Assembly: GCA_963706025.1 (NCBI GenBank)
Contig: CAVPLM010000005.1
Location: 1,056,001-1,120,000, forward strand
Source: an uncultured Actinomycetes bacterium
GTDB lineage: Bacteria; Actinomycetota; Thermoleophilia; RBG-16-64-13
Direction of reading: 5' to 3'
Length of the DNA stretch: 64,000 nt
A program made the translations under genes and the position numbers. The notes beneath the pieces are model-generated. The model was not told the origin of the DNA. It did not search any database and was given only the letters and a program-made list of their open reading frames with translations. Shown here piece after piece: positions 32,278 to 42,353 of the stretch. Within the stretch, counting starts at the first letter, position 1. Each line of letters begins with the position of its first letter.

Positions 32278-33108
32278 TCACTTGCTCAGCACGATCTCGC
32301 CGAGAGACTGGTCTTTCGATGTCTTCGTCTTCACACTCTCGGCCTTGTATCCCGGAGCCGCGACCTTGACCGTGTACTCGGTGTTCTCCGCCAGCCCTTC
32401 GAACTCGAAATCGCCGAAACCGTTGGTCTTGGTGCTCCGGCTCCCGCCGTTGCCGCTCAAGACCACTTCCACGTCCTTGGCTACCTCATCTATATCGCCG
32501 TAGACGACGGTGCCGGCCACGAACTTCTTGGGCAGATGCCGGTAGGTGACCTTCTCTCCCATGACGTATTCGGGGCCCAGGACCTCGGTGGCCCCGGCGG
32601 CCACCAGTCTGGCCACGGCACTGGCGGGGTCGTCCAGATCACCGAAGACGAGCGCGCCTGAGGGGCACGATTCCACGCAGCGGGGCTCAGGCTCGCCCGC
32701 GTCTAGGAGATGGGCGCAGAAGGTGCACTTCTGGGCCAGCTGGAGCTCCTCGTTCCACTCGATTAGGCGATAGGGGCAGGTCTTGACCAGGCCCTTGTTG
32801 CCCTTGGCCTTCTCGGGATCGATGAGGACGATGCCGTCCGCCCGGCGGTAGATGGCCCCGGACTGGTCCAGCTTGACGCAGGCGGCCTCGGCGCAGTGAC
32901 TGCAGGTCACGGGGACGTGGTCCACCTTGACGTGCGGATACTGACCACGCTCGATCTCAAGAACTTTCATCCAGTTCATGCCGCTCATGGGCTGGGCGGC
33001 GGAGTAGCCGGGATACTCATTACCGGCGTATTCGTCGCGGCAGGTGAGGAAGCAGTTGTAGCACCCCACGCACTTGTCGACCTCGATCACCATTCCATAT
33101 CTGGTCAC
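32278..33108 (-). CDS. Fe-S small subunit, pyrogallol transhydroxylase beta-like
   Basis: CVGCYNCFLTC, CSHCAEAAC, CPY and CTFC...CVESCP, plus a C-terminal beta-sandwich (TNGFGDFEFEGL). Confidence 0.88.
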   Translation of the reverse strand: MTRYGMVIEVDKCVGCYNCFLTCRDEYAGNEYPGYSAAQPMSGMNWMKVLEIERGQYPHVKVDHVPVTCSHCAEAACVKLDQSGAIYRRADGIVLIDPEKAKGNKGLVKTCPYRLIEWNEELQLAQKCTFCAHLLDAGEPEPRCVESCPSGALVFGDLDDPASAVARLVAAGATEVLGPEYVMGEKVTYRHLPKKFVAGTVVYGDIDEVAKDVEVVLSGNGGSRSTKTNGFGDFEFEGLAENTEYTVKVAAPGYKAESVKTKTSKDQSLGEIVLSK

Positions 33109-33112
33109 TTCG

Positions 33113-35644
33113 CTACGCCTCCCACTTCGAGACTTCTACGAGAAAGGACATGTTGGCTTCGCCGTATGCGTTCTTGCTGGTCATGCGCGAATGCGACAGC
33201 AGGTTCACGCACCCGCCTCGGTCGATTGACTCGGCCACGCCCGGCTCCAACGGATCGTACTTGGCCGCGGCCTGGTAGGAATGGAGCAGTCCCGGACGGC
33301 AGCGTTCGGTCACCAGAGCCACACCGAGCACGCGGGCGCGGTCGTTGTAGACCATGACGATGTCGCCGTCCTTGATGCCCCGCGCTTCCGCGTCGGCAGG
33401 GTTCATGCGCATGGGCCAGTAGGCGTACCCGTTTTTGACGATGCGGTGCTGCCGTATGTCGTTCAGCCACTCGATCTTGTCGTCCTGGTGGGTGTGGTAG
33501 GAGAACCTGGCGTGCGGCGTCATGATGATGAGGGGGTACTTCTTGGCCAGTTCCGACTCGTGCCCCTCATAGAGAGGGATGTAGCGCGGCATGGGCGGCC
33601 GTTCCTCGTCGTCGGGGAAGTACTCCTGGAGTCTCGTCCGCACGAACTCGATCTTGCCGCTCGGGGTAGCCAACTCGGTGGCTTTGTCGGTCCCCTGCAG
33701 CGGGTTGAAGCGGTCGGGGGTGTCGACCGGCCGACCCTCGTAGTACCACTTGTTGGAGACGGTGGGCTTGTAGTCCTCAGGTAGCGACGGCACCACGAAG
33801 TAGCCCTTTTCTTTAAACTCCTCGTAGGTTACGTGCTTGGGCAGGTCGGTGTAGTCGAAGACCTTCCGTATCCAATCCTCTTCCGAGTTGCCCTCGGTGT
33901 ACTCCTCCAGGAAGCCCAGGCGCTCGGCCAGTTCGCAGTAGATCTGGTAGTCGGGCTTGGATTCCCACAGAGGCTCGATGCACTTCTGCTGGTACATGAG
34001 GATGCGGTGGTTGCAGTTGACGTTGCCGTTGCCGTAACCACCTGGCTGGGCCCACTCGGAGATGTCTTGGTGCTCGAAGTTGGTACTTGCCGGCAGGATG
34101 ACATCGCCGAAGGTGGTCTCACTCTGCCAGTGGCAGTCCTGCATGACCACGAACTCCAGCTTGGGCGACTGGTACATCCGCACCCATTTGCTGGTGTCGG
34201 TCATAGTGGAGATGAAGGAGCCGCCATGGCGGTGGATCATCCGGATCTCGGCGCCGTTCGGACCGGGCTCGGGGTACTGCATGGGCTTGAACTGCTGCTC
34301 GGCATACTGCACGCAGAAGCCTTCGCCCAGCCACTCTATGTGGCCGTCCAGGATCGCTTCGGGCAGGAGAACACGGTAGACCTTCTGAGTGACCTGGTTA
34401 CGGTCCGGGAAGGTGGGCTGCTTGGCGACCAAGCCGAAGACGTCCCACCCCACGTCGGAATAGCCGGCGCTCTTGAAGCTCATGTCGAGCGGTGCGCCGT
34501 GAGCGGTACCGCCCCAGAGGTTGACCCCGTCCTTACCGATACCCGTCATGGCAGCCAGGTGGATCATAAGGCTGCACCACTCGGTGGCATACGAGTTGCG
34601 GCAGGCGCCGGCGGTGCCGTACTGGGTGCCGGTAGCGATCATGGTCTTCTTGGACGCCCACTGCTGAGCCACCGCCTTGATGGTGTGAGCGGGGATGTCA
34701 CAGATGGGGGCAGCCCACTCCGGAGACTTGGGGATACCATCGGTCTCGCCCAGGATGTAGGCCTTCCACTCGTCGAAGTGGACGGTGCGGTTTTCGATGA
34801 ACCAGTGGTCGTAGGTGTCATCTACGATCCACTGGTAGGCGATGGCCTGCGCCAAAGCGGCGTCGGTGCCGGGCCGCGGAGCCAGCCACTTGTCGGCCAT
34901 ATGCGCTGCGGTGGCGTTGCAGTACGGGTCGATGAAGATGCCCGTGACACCCAGTTCCCTGAGCCACTCCCTCCAGATGACGGTCTCCTGGCCGCCGTAG
35001 CCACCGGCAGACGTGTTGGGATCCACGGACCAGTAGATGACCTGCTCGGTGTGCTTCAGGGCCTCGGCCAGCATGTCGAAGGCGTCGCTCTGGCCGAATC
35101 TCCAATACCAACCCCAGGTGTGCACGCTGCCCCAGTGCCAGCCTTCCCAGGAATCGGGGTTATCCAGGAGCTGGGTGTAGCCCAGGATGTTGTAGAAGCG
35201 GGGCATGGGGCCCATCTTGTAGTAGAGGAGACCGTAGTTGTGGTGGGAGGACACAAAGGCCGTGATGGCCGCCTTCCCGTAGGTACCCTGGATGCGCTTG
35301 ATCTCGCTCGTGACGATGTCCAGTGCCTCGTCCCAGCTGATGCGCACGTATTCGTCCTTGCCCCTGAGCTCGGGATGCCGCTCGCCGTTGGGGTCGAAGT
35401 TCTTGCGCTTCATGGGATACTTGATGCGGTTCTCCGCATAGACGCGCATGCGCTCGGCTATGTTGAAGGAGTTGATGGTGGTCTTCCGGGGATCGGAGAA
35501 CTTCTTGCCCTTGGCCTCGATGGTCCAGTGGCCGCCGTCCTCTTCGGTCAGACGCAGGGGGCGCATGCGGGTGATGACCCCGTCCTTGACGGTGACCTTC
35601 ACCATGCCCCCGATGCAACAGTTGATGAATTCTTGCTCTGCCAT
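33113..35644 (-). CDS. Mo-bis-MGD oxidoreductase large subunit, pyrogallol transhydroxylase/resorcinol hydroxylase family (paralog 1)
   Basis: SSHHNYG, NPDSWEGWHWG (Ser Mo ligand), PRPGTDAAL, ILPASTNFE and HARFSYHT. No Tat signal and no N-terminal Fe-S motif. Confidence 0.88.
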   Translation of the reverse strand: MAEQEFINCCIGGMVKVTVKDGVITRMRPLRLTEEDGGHWTIEAKGKKFSDPRKTTINSFNIAERMRVYAENRIKYPMKRKNFDPNGERHPELRGKDEYVRISWDEALDIVTSEIKRIQGTYGKAAITAFVSSHHNYGLLYYKMGPMPRFYNILGYTQLLDNPDSWEGWHWGSVHTWGWYWRFGQSDAFDMLAEALKHTEQVIYWSVDPNTSAGGYGGQETVIWREWLRELGVTGIFIDPYCNATAAHMADKWLAPRPGTDAALAQAIAYQWIVDDTYDHWFIENRTVHFDEWKAYILGETDGIPKSPEWAAPICDIPAHTIKAVAQQWASKKTMIATGTQYGTAGACRNSYATEWCSLMIHLAAMTGIGKDGVNLWGGTAHGAPLDMSFKSAGYSDVGWDVFGLVAKQPTFPDRNQVTQKVYRVLLPEAILDGHIEWLGEGFCVQYAEQQFKPMQYPEPGPNGAEIRMIHRHGGSFISTMTDTSKWVRMYQSPKLEFVVMQDCHWQSETTFGDVILPASTNFEHQDISEWAQPGGYGNGNVNCNHRILMYQQKCIEPLWESKPDYQIYCELAERLGFLEEYTEGNSEEDWIRKVFDYTDLPKHVTYEEFKEKGYFVVPSLPEDYKPTVSNKWYYEGRPVDTPDRFNPLQGTDKATELATPSGKIEFVRTRLQEYFPDDEERPPMPRYIPLYEGHESELAKKYPLIIMTPHARFSYHTHQDDKIEWLNDIRQHRIVKNGYAYWPMRMNPADAEARGIKDGDIVMVYNDRARVLGVALVTERCRPGLLHSYQAAAKYDPLEPGVAESIDRGGCVNLLSHSRMTSKNAYGEANMSFLVEVSKWEA

Positions 35645-35648
35645 ACCT

Positions 35649-38214
35649 TTACGCCTCCCACTTTGCGATCTCGACCAGGCAGGAATTCTGGGCTTCGCCC
35701 GGGACGTTCTTTGAGACCAACTTGCTGGGGGTCAACAGGTTGACGCAGCCGCCCCTGTCGGGGCTGCCGGCCTTGCCCGGCTCCAGCGGATCGTACTTAG
35801 CCGCCGCTTCGTATGAGTGGACGGTCCCCGGCCTCACCCGTTCGGTCACCAAGGCGGCACAGATGACCGTGCCGCGGTCGTTGAAGACCTTCACCAAGTC
35901 GCCATGCTTGATGCCGCGCGCCTTGGCATCCTCCGGGTTGATGCGCACCGGCCAATAAGCGTAGCCGTCCACCTTGACCCGGTGCTGCGGTATGTCGTCC
36001 AGCCAGAAGCTCTTGTTGTCGTGATGGGTGTGATACGAGAACCGCGGATGCGGTGAGATCATCTGTAGTGGCCACTTCTCGACAAGACCCTTGGTGTCGT
36101 AGCCTTCCCAGCTGGGGATGTACCGGGCCATGGGCGGCCGCTCTTGGTCGTTCGGGTCGAAGGCCATGAGGGTCTGGGACACGAACTCCACCTTACCGCT
36201 GGGAGTGGCCAGGTTGGGCCCATTGAACGGCGGGTTCGGAGGATTCCTCTTCTCCGAGGGCACGTCAGCGTCGCGGCCCTCATAGAACCAGCGGAAAGAG
36301 ACCTTGGGCTCTTCATCATCGGGTCTACACGGCACCACGAAGTAGCCCTTCCTCTTGAACTCCTCGTAGGTGATGTACTTGGGCAGGTCGGACTTCTTGA
36401 AGACGATGCGGTTCCAGCCCTCGATATCGTGGCCTTCGGTGTACTCGTCCTTGAAGCCCAATCTCTCAGCCAGAAGCGTGTAGATCTCGTAATCGGGCTT
36501 GGACTCCCACAGCGGCTCGATGCACTTGTGCTGGTAGATGCAGATGCGGTGGTTGGCGTTGAAGTCGTTGAACCCGTAGCCGCCCGCTGCACCCCACTCT
36601 GAGAGGTCGGAGTGCTCGAAGTTGGTGCTGGCGGGCAGGATGACGTCGCCGAACTTGGTCTCGCTCTGCCAGTGGCAGTCCTGCATGACTACGAACTCGA
36701 GGTTGGGGTGCTGATACATCTGCACCCACCTGTTGGTCTCGCTCATGGTGCTGATGAACGAACCGCCGTGGCGGTGGATCATCTTGATGGGAGCGCCGTC
36801 GGGCCCTTCCTCCGGACAGGTGAAGCGATGGAACTGCTGCTCGATGTTCTGGCCGCAGAAGCCTTCGCCGATCCAGCTCACCGGGGGGTTCATGACGATC
36901 TCCGGCAGCAGAAGACGGTACGTCTTCTGAGTCACCGGGTTGCCGACAGGGAAGTACGACTTTTCCGCCACAGTCCCGAAGGCGTCCCAACCGTTGTCGG
37001 AGTAGCCGAACATGTGGAAGCCCATATCGAGGGGCGAACCTTTGCCGGTGCCTCCCCAGAAGTTGACCCCCGGCTTGCCGAAGCCCTGCATGGCCATGAG
37101 GTAGATGCACAGGCGGCACCACTCGGTGGCGTACGCCTGACGGCAGGCGCCGGCGGCTCCAAAGATGCTGGCCACGGCCAACATGGTCTTCTTGGCCGCC
37201 CACTCGCGCGCCAAAGCCGTGATGGTGTGAGCCGGGACGTCACAGATAGGCGCCGCCCACTGCGGGGTCTTGGGCGTTTTGTCCTCGCCCTGGCCCAGGA
37301 TGTGCTTCTTCCATTCGTCGAAGCCGTAGGTCCGGTTCTCGATGAAGAAGTGATCGTAGGTGTCATCGGTGAGCCACACGTACGCGACGGCCTCCGCCAG
37401 CGCAGCGTCGGTGCCCGGGCGCGGAGCGATCCACTTGTCGCCCATGGTGCTCATGGTGCAGTTGTTGTGGGGGTCGATGACCACGAACTGGATGCCCAGC
37501 TCCTTCATCCAGTGCCGCCAGATGAGGTTCTCTTGGCCGCTGTACATGTAGGAGGTGCTGTTCGGATCCACCGACCAGAAGATGATCTGCTCGGTGTGCT
37601 TGAGCGCATCCTGCAGCAACTCGGACTGCTCGCAATGACCGAGGCGCCACCAGTAGCCCCAGGCGTGCGTCGCCCCCCAGTGCCACCCCTCCCAGCTATC
37701 GGGGTTGTCGAGGCACATGCTGTAGCCCAGGATATTGAAGAAGCGGCCGAGAGGGCCGAGTTTGTAGTGCAGGAAGCCCCAGTTGTGGTGCGAGGAGGTC
37801 ATGGCGGTGATGGCCGCCCGGCCGTACGTTTCCCGGATGCGGGTGATCTCCCCCGCCACGAGGTCGAGGGCCTCATCCCAGGAGATGCGCACGTACTCGT
37901 CCTTGCCGCGAAGCTCCGGATGGCGGTCGCCGGCGGGGTCGAAGTTCTTGCGTCGCATCGGATACTGGATGCGATTGTTGTAGACACGCTGCCGCTCGGG
38001 CACTTCCCAGCGACTGCAGCGTGGTCTTGCGCGGTGGGGTGTATTTCTTCCCCCGCGCCTCGATGGTCCACGACGGAGCGTCAGACTCGTCGAAGATGAT
38101 GGGGCGCATCCGGGTGATGACGCCGTCCTTCACATAGACCCTGACGGGTCCACCGACCGTGCACTGTATGAACACCTGTTCATCTGACATCCCACTACTC
38201 TGGTCGAAGGACAT
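35649..38214 (-). CDS. Mo-bis-MGD oxidoreductase large subunit, same family (paralog 2); +1 frameshift near 38010
   Basis: The N-terminus (QCTVGGPVRVYVKDGVITRMRP) is in ORF 37873-38277. The rest (SSHHNWG, NPDSWEGWHWG, HPRFSYHT) is in ORF 35649-38003. Collinear with paralog 1. Confidence 0.87.
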
Positions 38215-38291
38215 TGCATTCTCCTTCAGCGGGGCGTGGCTGTCGTGCTTCTGGCTCCCCATGGGGGCCAGAAGCACAGTGGTCAGGCCGG

Positions 38292-39485
38292 CTAGAGTTC
38301 GACAAACTGGATGAAGACCGGGTTCTGAACCGGGACTTCCGTCAGGACCTTCAGGCTTCCATCATTTGCGTCTACCGCATATGACCGGATCACATCCGCC
38401 GGGCGATCCGGGACGAGCAGGAATGCGCCGTCGGGCGAGAGCGTCATGCAGCGTGTTGCGTCTTTGGGATCCTCAGATTTGCTTAGCTCAACCCGTCCAG
38501 CCTTCTTGAGATGGCCATCCTCAGAGATGCTGAACCAGACGACGTCATCTTGTCCCCGGTTGTTCATATACACGAAACGGCCGTTCGGATGCACCTGCAA
38601 GGTGGCCGTCTCGTTGCGTCCCGTGAACCCGGAGAGCGTCGATTGCTTGTCGATGAAACTCAGCACCCCGCTGGAACTATCGAAGTCGAAGGACCAGAGT
38701 TCAGAAGAGAACTCGCACGTCATGAACATGCGGCCTTTCCTATCAAAGGCAGCATGCCTGGGACCGGTTCCCGCCGGGCACTGGTAAACAGAGGCGAGCG
38801 TCAGTCTTCTTCCTCCGATCCGGTAGACGTAGATCCGCTCCCCTGCCTTTTCGCACACCACCAGGAACTTGCCTGAGGGGTCGATCACGACGATGTGCGC
38901 GTGAGGACTGGCCTGCGCGTGGCCTCCGCCCTGCGGGGAATCGTTCGGATCCGTGCCATATCCGGTCAGTACATGCACGTCTTGAACTTCACCGATGGAA
39001 CCGTCCTCTTCAAGCCCGTACTGGACGACCGTCGAATCGTCATATTCGAACTTCTCCACCCACTTGCCATCAGCAATCTCGACCGCTTTAACCACGTGAT
39101 CGAAGAAGCCATGGTTGGCAGTGAAGAGGAGCTTCTTGTCTTCGTCAACGGTTATAGAGGCCGGCATTGCCCCCAAAGACGGCTGCCTGTTCAGAAAGGT
39201 CAACTGTCCGGACTGCGGATCCACCTTGAACGCTAGTACGCCCGAGGCCGGCTTCTTGGGTCCTCGTCCGTCGGTCTTCCTTTCGTCGACCGCATAGAGG
39301 ACCTTCGCTTCTGGTGCATAGGCGAGATATCCCGCCCTCTTCGGCATATCCTCCACACCGCCTGGAAAGGGCGTGATGCTGCTTCCATCCGCGCTGATTT
39401 CAAAGACCGAGATGCCGCCGCCCTCAAATCTATCAACGTGATTGCGTCCCACGTAAGCAATCAGCCGCTTCTTGTCCGTGCTCAC
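38292..39485 (-). CDS. Lactonase family 7-bladed beta-propeller (6-phosphogluconolactonase/cycloisomerase-like)
   Basis: HAH..VIDPSGKF, GTGPRHAAF, HPNGRFVYMNNRG and LSPDGAFL blades. Confidence 0.85.
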   Translation of the reverse strand: MSTDKKRLIAYVGRNHVDRFEGGGISVFEISADGSSITPFPGGVEDMPKRAGYLAYAPEAKVLYAVDERKTDGRGPKKPASGVLAFKVDPQSGQLTFLNRQPSLGAMPASITVDEDKKLLFTANHGFFDHVVKAVEIADGKWVEKFEYDDSTVVQYGLEEDGSIGEVQDVHVLTGYGTDPNDSPQGGGHAQASPHAHIVVIDPSGKFLVVCEKAGERIYVYRIGGRRLTLASVYQCPAGTGPRHAAFDRKGRMFMTCEFSSELWSFDFDSSSGVLSFIDKQSTLSGFTGRNETATLQVHPNGRFVYMNNRGQDDVVWFSISEDGHLKKAGRVELSKSEDPKDATRCMTLSPDGAFLLVPDRPADVIRSYAVDANDGSLKVLTEVPVQNPVFIQFVEL

Positions 39486-39515
39486 GTCTCTTCTCCTGTC
39501 TAGCGTTCTGTTCTC

Positions 39516-40670
39516 TTACAGTTTTGGAGGCACGCCGGGAAGATCGGGGTACTTGGCCGCGACCTCGAGCACTCTCGGATCCTGCAGGCACATGAGGTAG
39601 CCGTTGTCGTAGACAAGCTTGTCGTTGACCTTGAGGGTGACGTTGCGGATGTCCGCGGTGATATGCGGATAGTAGTTGTAGTTCTCATTGGCCGGGGCCG
39701 AGCCGACGTGCCAGTGCACGTTCGAGTGGTGCGAGTGGTCGATTATCCGCTTGTAGATCGCGTGCGGGCACTGGGCATCCGTGACCTTCGCGTTCGGGTG
39801 GATGCCGAAGTGGAAGGTGTCGAACTTCCACATGCCGTCGCCGACCTTGCCTTCCATGACCTTCAGGAAGCGATTGATCGCGTCGGCTTCTTTGCCGCCC
39901 GAGATCTTGACCATGCGGCTGTCCTTGACGTCCACACGGACCGGTTCCTTCCAGGCCGGGGGGAGGCCCATGTAGCGCGACCACCAGGGGAGCATGCAGT
40001 CGAAGAAGAAGACGCCGTTGACGTCCTTACTGTTGATCGGAGGGTGGACCCACTCGGGGTAAGGGATGTAGTGGCTCGCATCCCTGCGCCAGGAGTTGTA
40101 GGGCATGCCGGGGATGCCGGGGCGCTGCACCGGATCGAGCGAGTAGCCTTCGAGCTCCGTGCCGTTGGGATCGGTCATCACCCATTTGGCCTCATGGGTC
40201 ATGAAGGGATCGGAGCTTACGTGGCGGACCATGACCACGAGCTCATGCGGCGTCTGGGCCCACTCGCTCATCAGGAGCGAGGCGGTGACGGGGAACATGC
40301 GCACGTACCAGGTCTTGACCTCTTCGATGTACTTGCGGAACTCGGCGACCTCTTCGATGGCCAGGTCGAGGGAGGTATTGATGAACAGATCGGCGTTGGC
40401 GATGGCGCCCTTGACGACGGGCGGCAGGCGCCACTCGTGGGCCTTCATCACCTCGTCGATCCAGAGGATCGAGCAGTTGGCGCCGCGCGACTGGACCACA
40501 GCCTGGGTCCAGCTGATGGCCTGCTCATCGACCAGGTTGTCACTGCCATAGAGGCCGTCGCTGTGGGCCAGGATGACGACCTCCATGCCCGGCTTGACCT
40601 GGGCGTCGTGGTCCACCATCTGGATGAGCGAGTTCAGCGCTGCCTTGGGAATGCCCAATTGATGACTCAC
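39516..40670 (-). CDS. Aminopeptidase-T/NicX-fold metalloprotein of unknown function
   Basis: VKPGMEVVIL N-domain, DPNGTEL, GVFFFD, FHFGIHPNA, HWHVGS and PHITADIRNVTLKV resemble the M29/NicX architecture. Confidence 0.6.
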   Translation of the reverse strand: MSHQLGIPKAALNSLIQMVDHDAQVKPGMEVVILAHSDGLYGSDNLVDEQAISWTQAVVQSRGANCSILWIDEVMKAHEWRLPPVVKGAIANADLFINTSLDLAIEEVAEFRKYIEEVKTWYVRMFPVTASLLMSEWAQTPHELVVMVRHVSSDPFMTHEAKWVMTDPNGTELEGYSLDPVQRPGIPGMPYNSWRRDASHYIPYPEWVHPPINSKDVNGVFFFDCMLPWWSRYMGLPPAWKEPVRVDVKDSRMVKISGGKEADAINRFLKVMEGKVGDGMWKFDTFHFGIHPNAKVTDAQCPHAIYKRIIDHSHHSNVHWHVGSAPANENYNYYPHITADIRNVTLKVNDKLVYDNGYLMCLQDPRVLEVAAKYPDLPGVPPKL

Positions 40671-40698
40671 GATCTCTCTCCTTTGTTCTCTTACGCCA

Positions 40699-41211
40699 CT
40701 AGGTGTCTAAGCCCGCGCGACCGTTGGGGTCGAGCGGGAAATGCAGGTGCCACTCAGGGATCCCTAGATCCTCGAGCACCTTTCCTCTGAGTTTGAACAG
40801 GGTCGTCGCCAAACGCTCACGCTCGCTCTTGGTGAGCACCGAGAAGAGCCGCCGGTCGGTCTCGTTGTGGAGCGACTGCCTGAACACATCCAGGCCTTTT
40901 TCCGTCAGGCTGACCTCGATCCGCGACCGGCCGGCCGACTTCTCTCGCTTGATCAGCCCGTCTTTTTCCATGCGCTTGAGCATCTCAGTGACGGAGTTGA
41001 GCTCGCGGAAGAGATCCCGCGCGATCTCGACGGGCGTCGCCCGGCCCCCGTTATTCTGGATGATGAACAGCACAGCCCGTCGTTCGTTGCTGATACCGAA
41101 GCGCGCGTAGTCCCTCTCCCGCGCCCTGAGGATCGCGTCTTTCGTCTGGGCGATCAGCACCCACAGCATGAAGTACTCATCCGGGAGCTGCGTGTCTTCG
41201 GTAACGGGCAT
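40699..41211 (-). CDS. MarR-family transcriptional regulator
   Basis: GISNERRAVL..TPVEIAR..SVTEMLKRMEKDGLIKR..VSLTEKG winged helix. Confidence 0.9.
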   Translation of the reverse strand: MPVTEDTQLPDEYFMLWVLIAQTKDAILRARERDYARFGISNERRAVLFIIQNNGGRATPVEIARDLFRELNSVTEMLKRMEKDGLIKREKSAGRSRIEVSLTEKGLDVFRQSLHNETDRRLFSVLTKSERERLATTLFKLRGKVLEDLGIPEWHLHFPLDPNGRAGLDT

Positions 41212-41212
41212 C

Positions 41213-42253
41213 TCATTCCCCTATCTTGAAGAGCCTCTGCGCATTCCCACTCAGAATAAGGGATTTGCTCTCTTCGGGAATGTCCAGGTTCTTGACGAAG
41301 TCGATACCGGTCACGAACCAATCCCGCCTGACCGGATATGAGCTGCCATACAGGATGTGGTCGGCCCCCAAGACCTCCACCGCGCACTCGAGTTGGGCCT
41401 TGCCCCACTGCATGGCGCCGGAGGTATCGTAGAAGATGTTCTTCTCGAGACGGTCCCATGCCGTATCGGCGCTGTCGAAGCGTTCCAACTCTTCCTTGGA
41501 CCTGCGAGAGCGGGGCGCCAGCATGTTGGAGTACGCAAAGAAGCCGCCGCCCAGCATGGTGTGGATGAGCTTGAGGTTGGGACACTCCTCAAACAGGTCG
41601 CTAAAGATCTCGCGGCCCACCCCGGTAGCCTGATCGACACAACGGCCGTATTGGCGGCGCTGGTTGGTGTACTTGATCAGTGAGGCATAGTCCACCGGCA
41701 GCGGGGTGTGGTGGACGACTACGGGGACATCGAGCTTGTTGAGTTCCCTGAAGTAGGGGCGAAACTCCGGCTCGTCCAGGTATAGGCTGCCGTAGTGGAC
41801 GGCCATCTGCACTCCCGAGAAGCCGAGTTTGTTCAAGCAGCGCTCGACCTCGGCAAGGCACTCGGGGGTGCCCCACGGGGGCGCCACGGCCAGAGTGCAG
41901 AACCGACCGGGATACTTGTTGATGTGCGCGTACAGCTTGTCGTTGACCTGCCTGCACTGTTCGAGCGAGAGCCACTCCTGCCAGCAAGGGACCCGCAGGA
42001 CGCCGATGCCCACTCCGGCGGCGTCCATGTCCTTGAGCTGGGTCTCGATGTCGTACTGATTCTCGGCGTAGTTGAGGTTCTCGTAACCCTGCGGCTTCTC
42101 CAAGACGATCTGCTGGAGGTCGGTGCCCGGCATGGGCTTGACGCAGCCGTACCACTCATCGTCGTTCGGGACACAACTGACGAAAGAGTCCCTCAGCGCC
42201 ACGTCCGTGAAAAGGTCTTCGGGAAGCCAATGCATATTGGCGTCTATGATCAT
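41213..42253 (-). CDS. Amidohydrolase-2 family metalloenzyme (aromatic decarboxylase/cyclohydrolase-like)
   Basis: IIDANMHW, VVVHH, IHTMLGG, YDTSG and ILYGSSYP...NAQRLF. Confidence 0.85.
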   Translation of the reverse strand: MIIDANMHWLPEDLFTDVALRDSFVSCVPNDDEWYGCVKPMPGTDLQQIVLEKPQGYENLNYAENQYDIETQLKDMDAAGVGIGVLRVPCWQEWLSLEQCRQVNDKLYAHINKYPGRFCTLAVAPPWGTPECLAEVERCLNKLGFSGVQMAVHYGSLYLDEPEFRPYFRELNKLDVPVVVHHTPLPVDYASLIKYTNQRRQYGRCVDQATGVGREIFSDLFEECPNLKLIHTMLGGGFFAYSNMLAPRSRRSKEELERFDSADTAWDRLEKNIFYDTSGAMQWGKAQLECAVEVLGADHILYGSSYPVRRDWFVTGIDFVKNLDIPEESKSLILSGNAQRLFKIGE

Positions 42254-42273
42254 CCTCTACCTCCACCCAGATA

Positions 42274-42332
42274 CGTATCAGAGTTCGTATACGAAGTTAT
42301 ATCACGGTACTTTACGGCACCCTCGAAGTCAA
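42274..42332 (-). promoter_or_regulatory. Sigma-A promoter plus operator copy 1
   Basis: Minus strand: TTGACT(42332-42327)-N17-TACCGT(42309-42304), 7 nt, then CTTCGTATACGAACTCTGATACG (42296-42274), just upstream of the amidohydrolase gene. Confidence 0.8.
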
Positions 42333-42353
42333 GGAGGGTTCCCCTCCGGAGTG

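Noticed and set aside
33833-38099. Long plus-strand ORFs (636 aa and 495 aa) opposite the Mo enzyme genes, and similar antisense ORFs elsewhere (2401-3672, 28194-29372, 44209-46131, 55912-57522)
   Set aside because: These are stop-poor antisense frames typical of high-GC3 genes, with no recognisable motifs or RBS.
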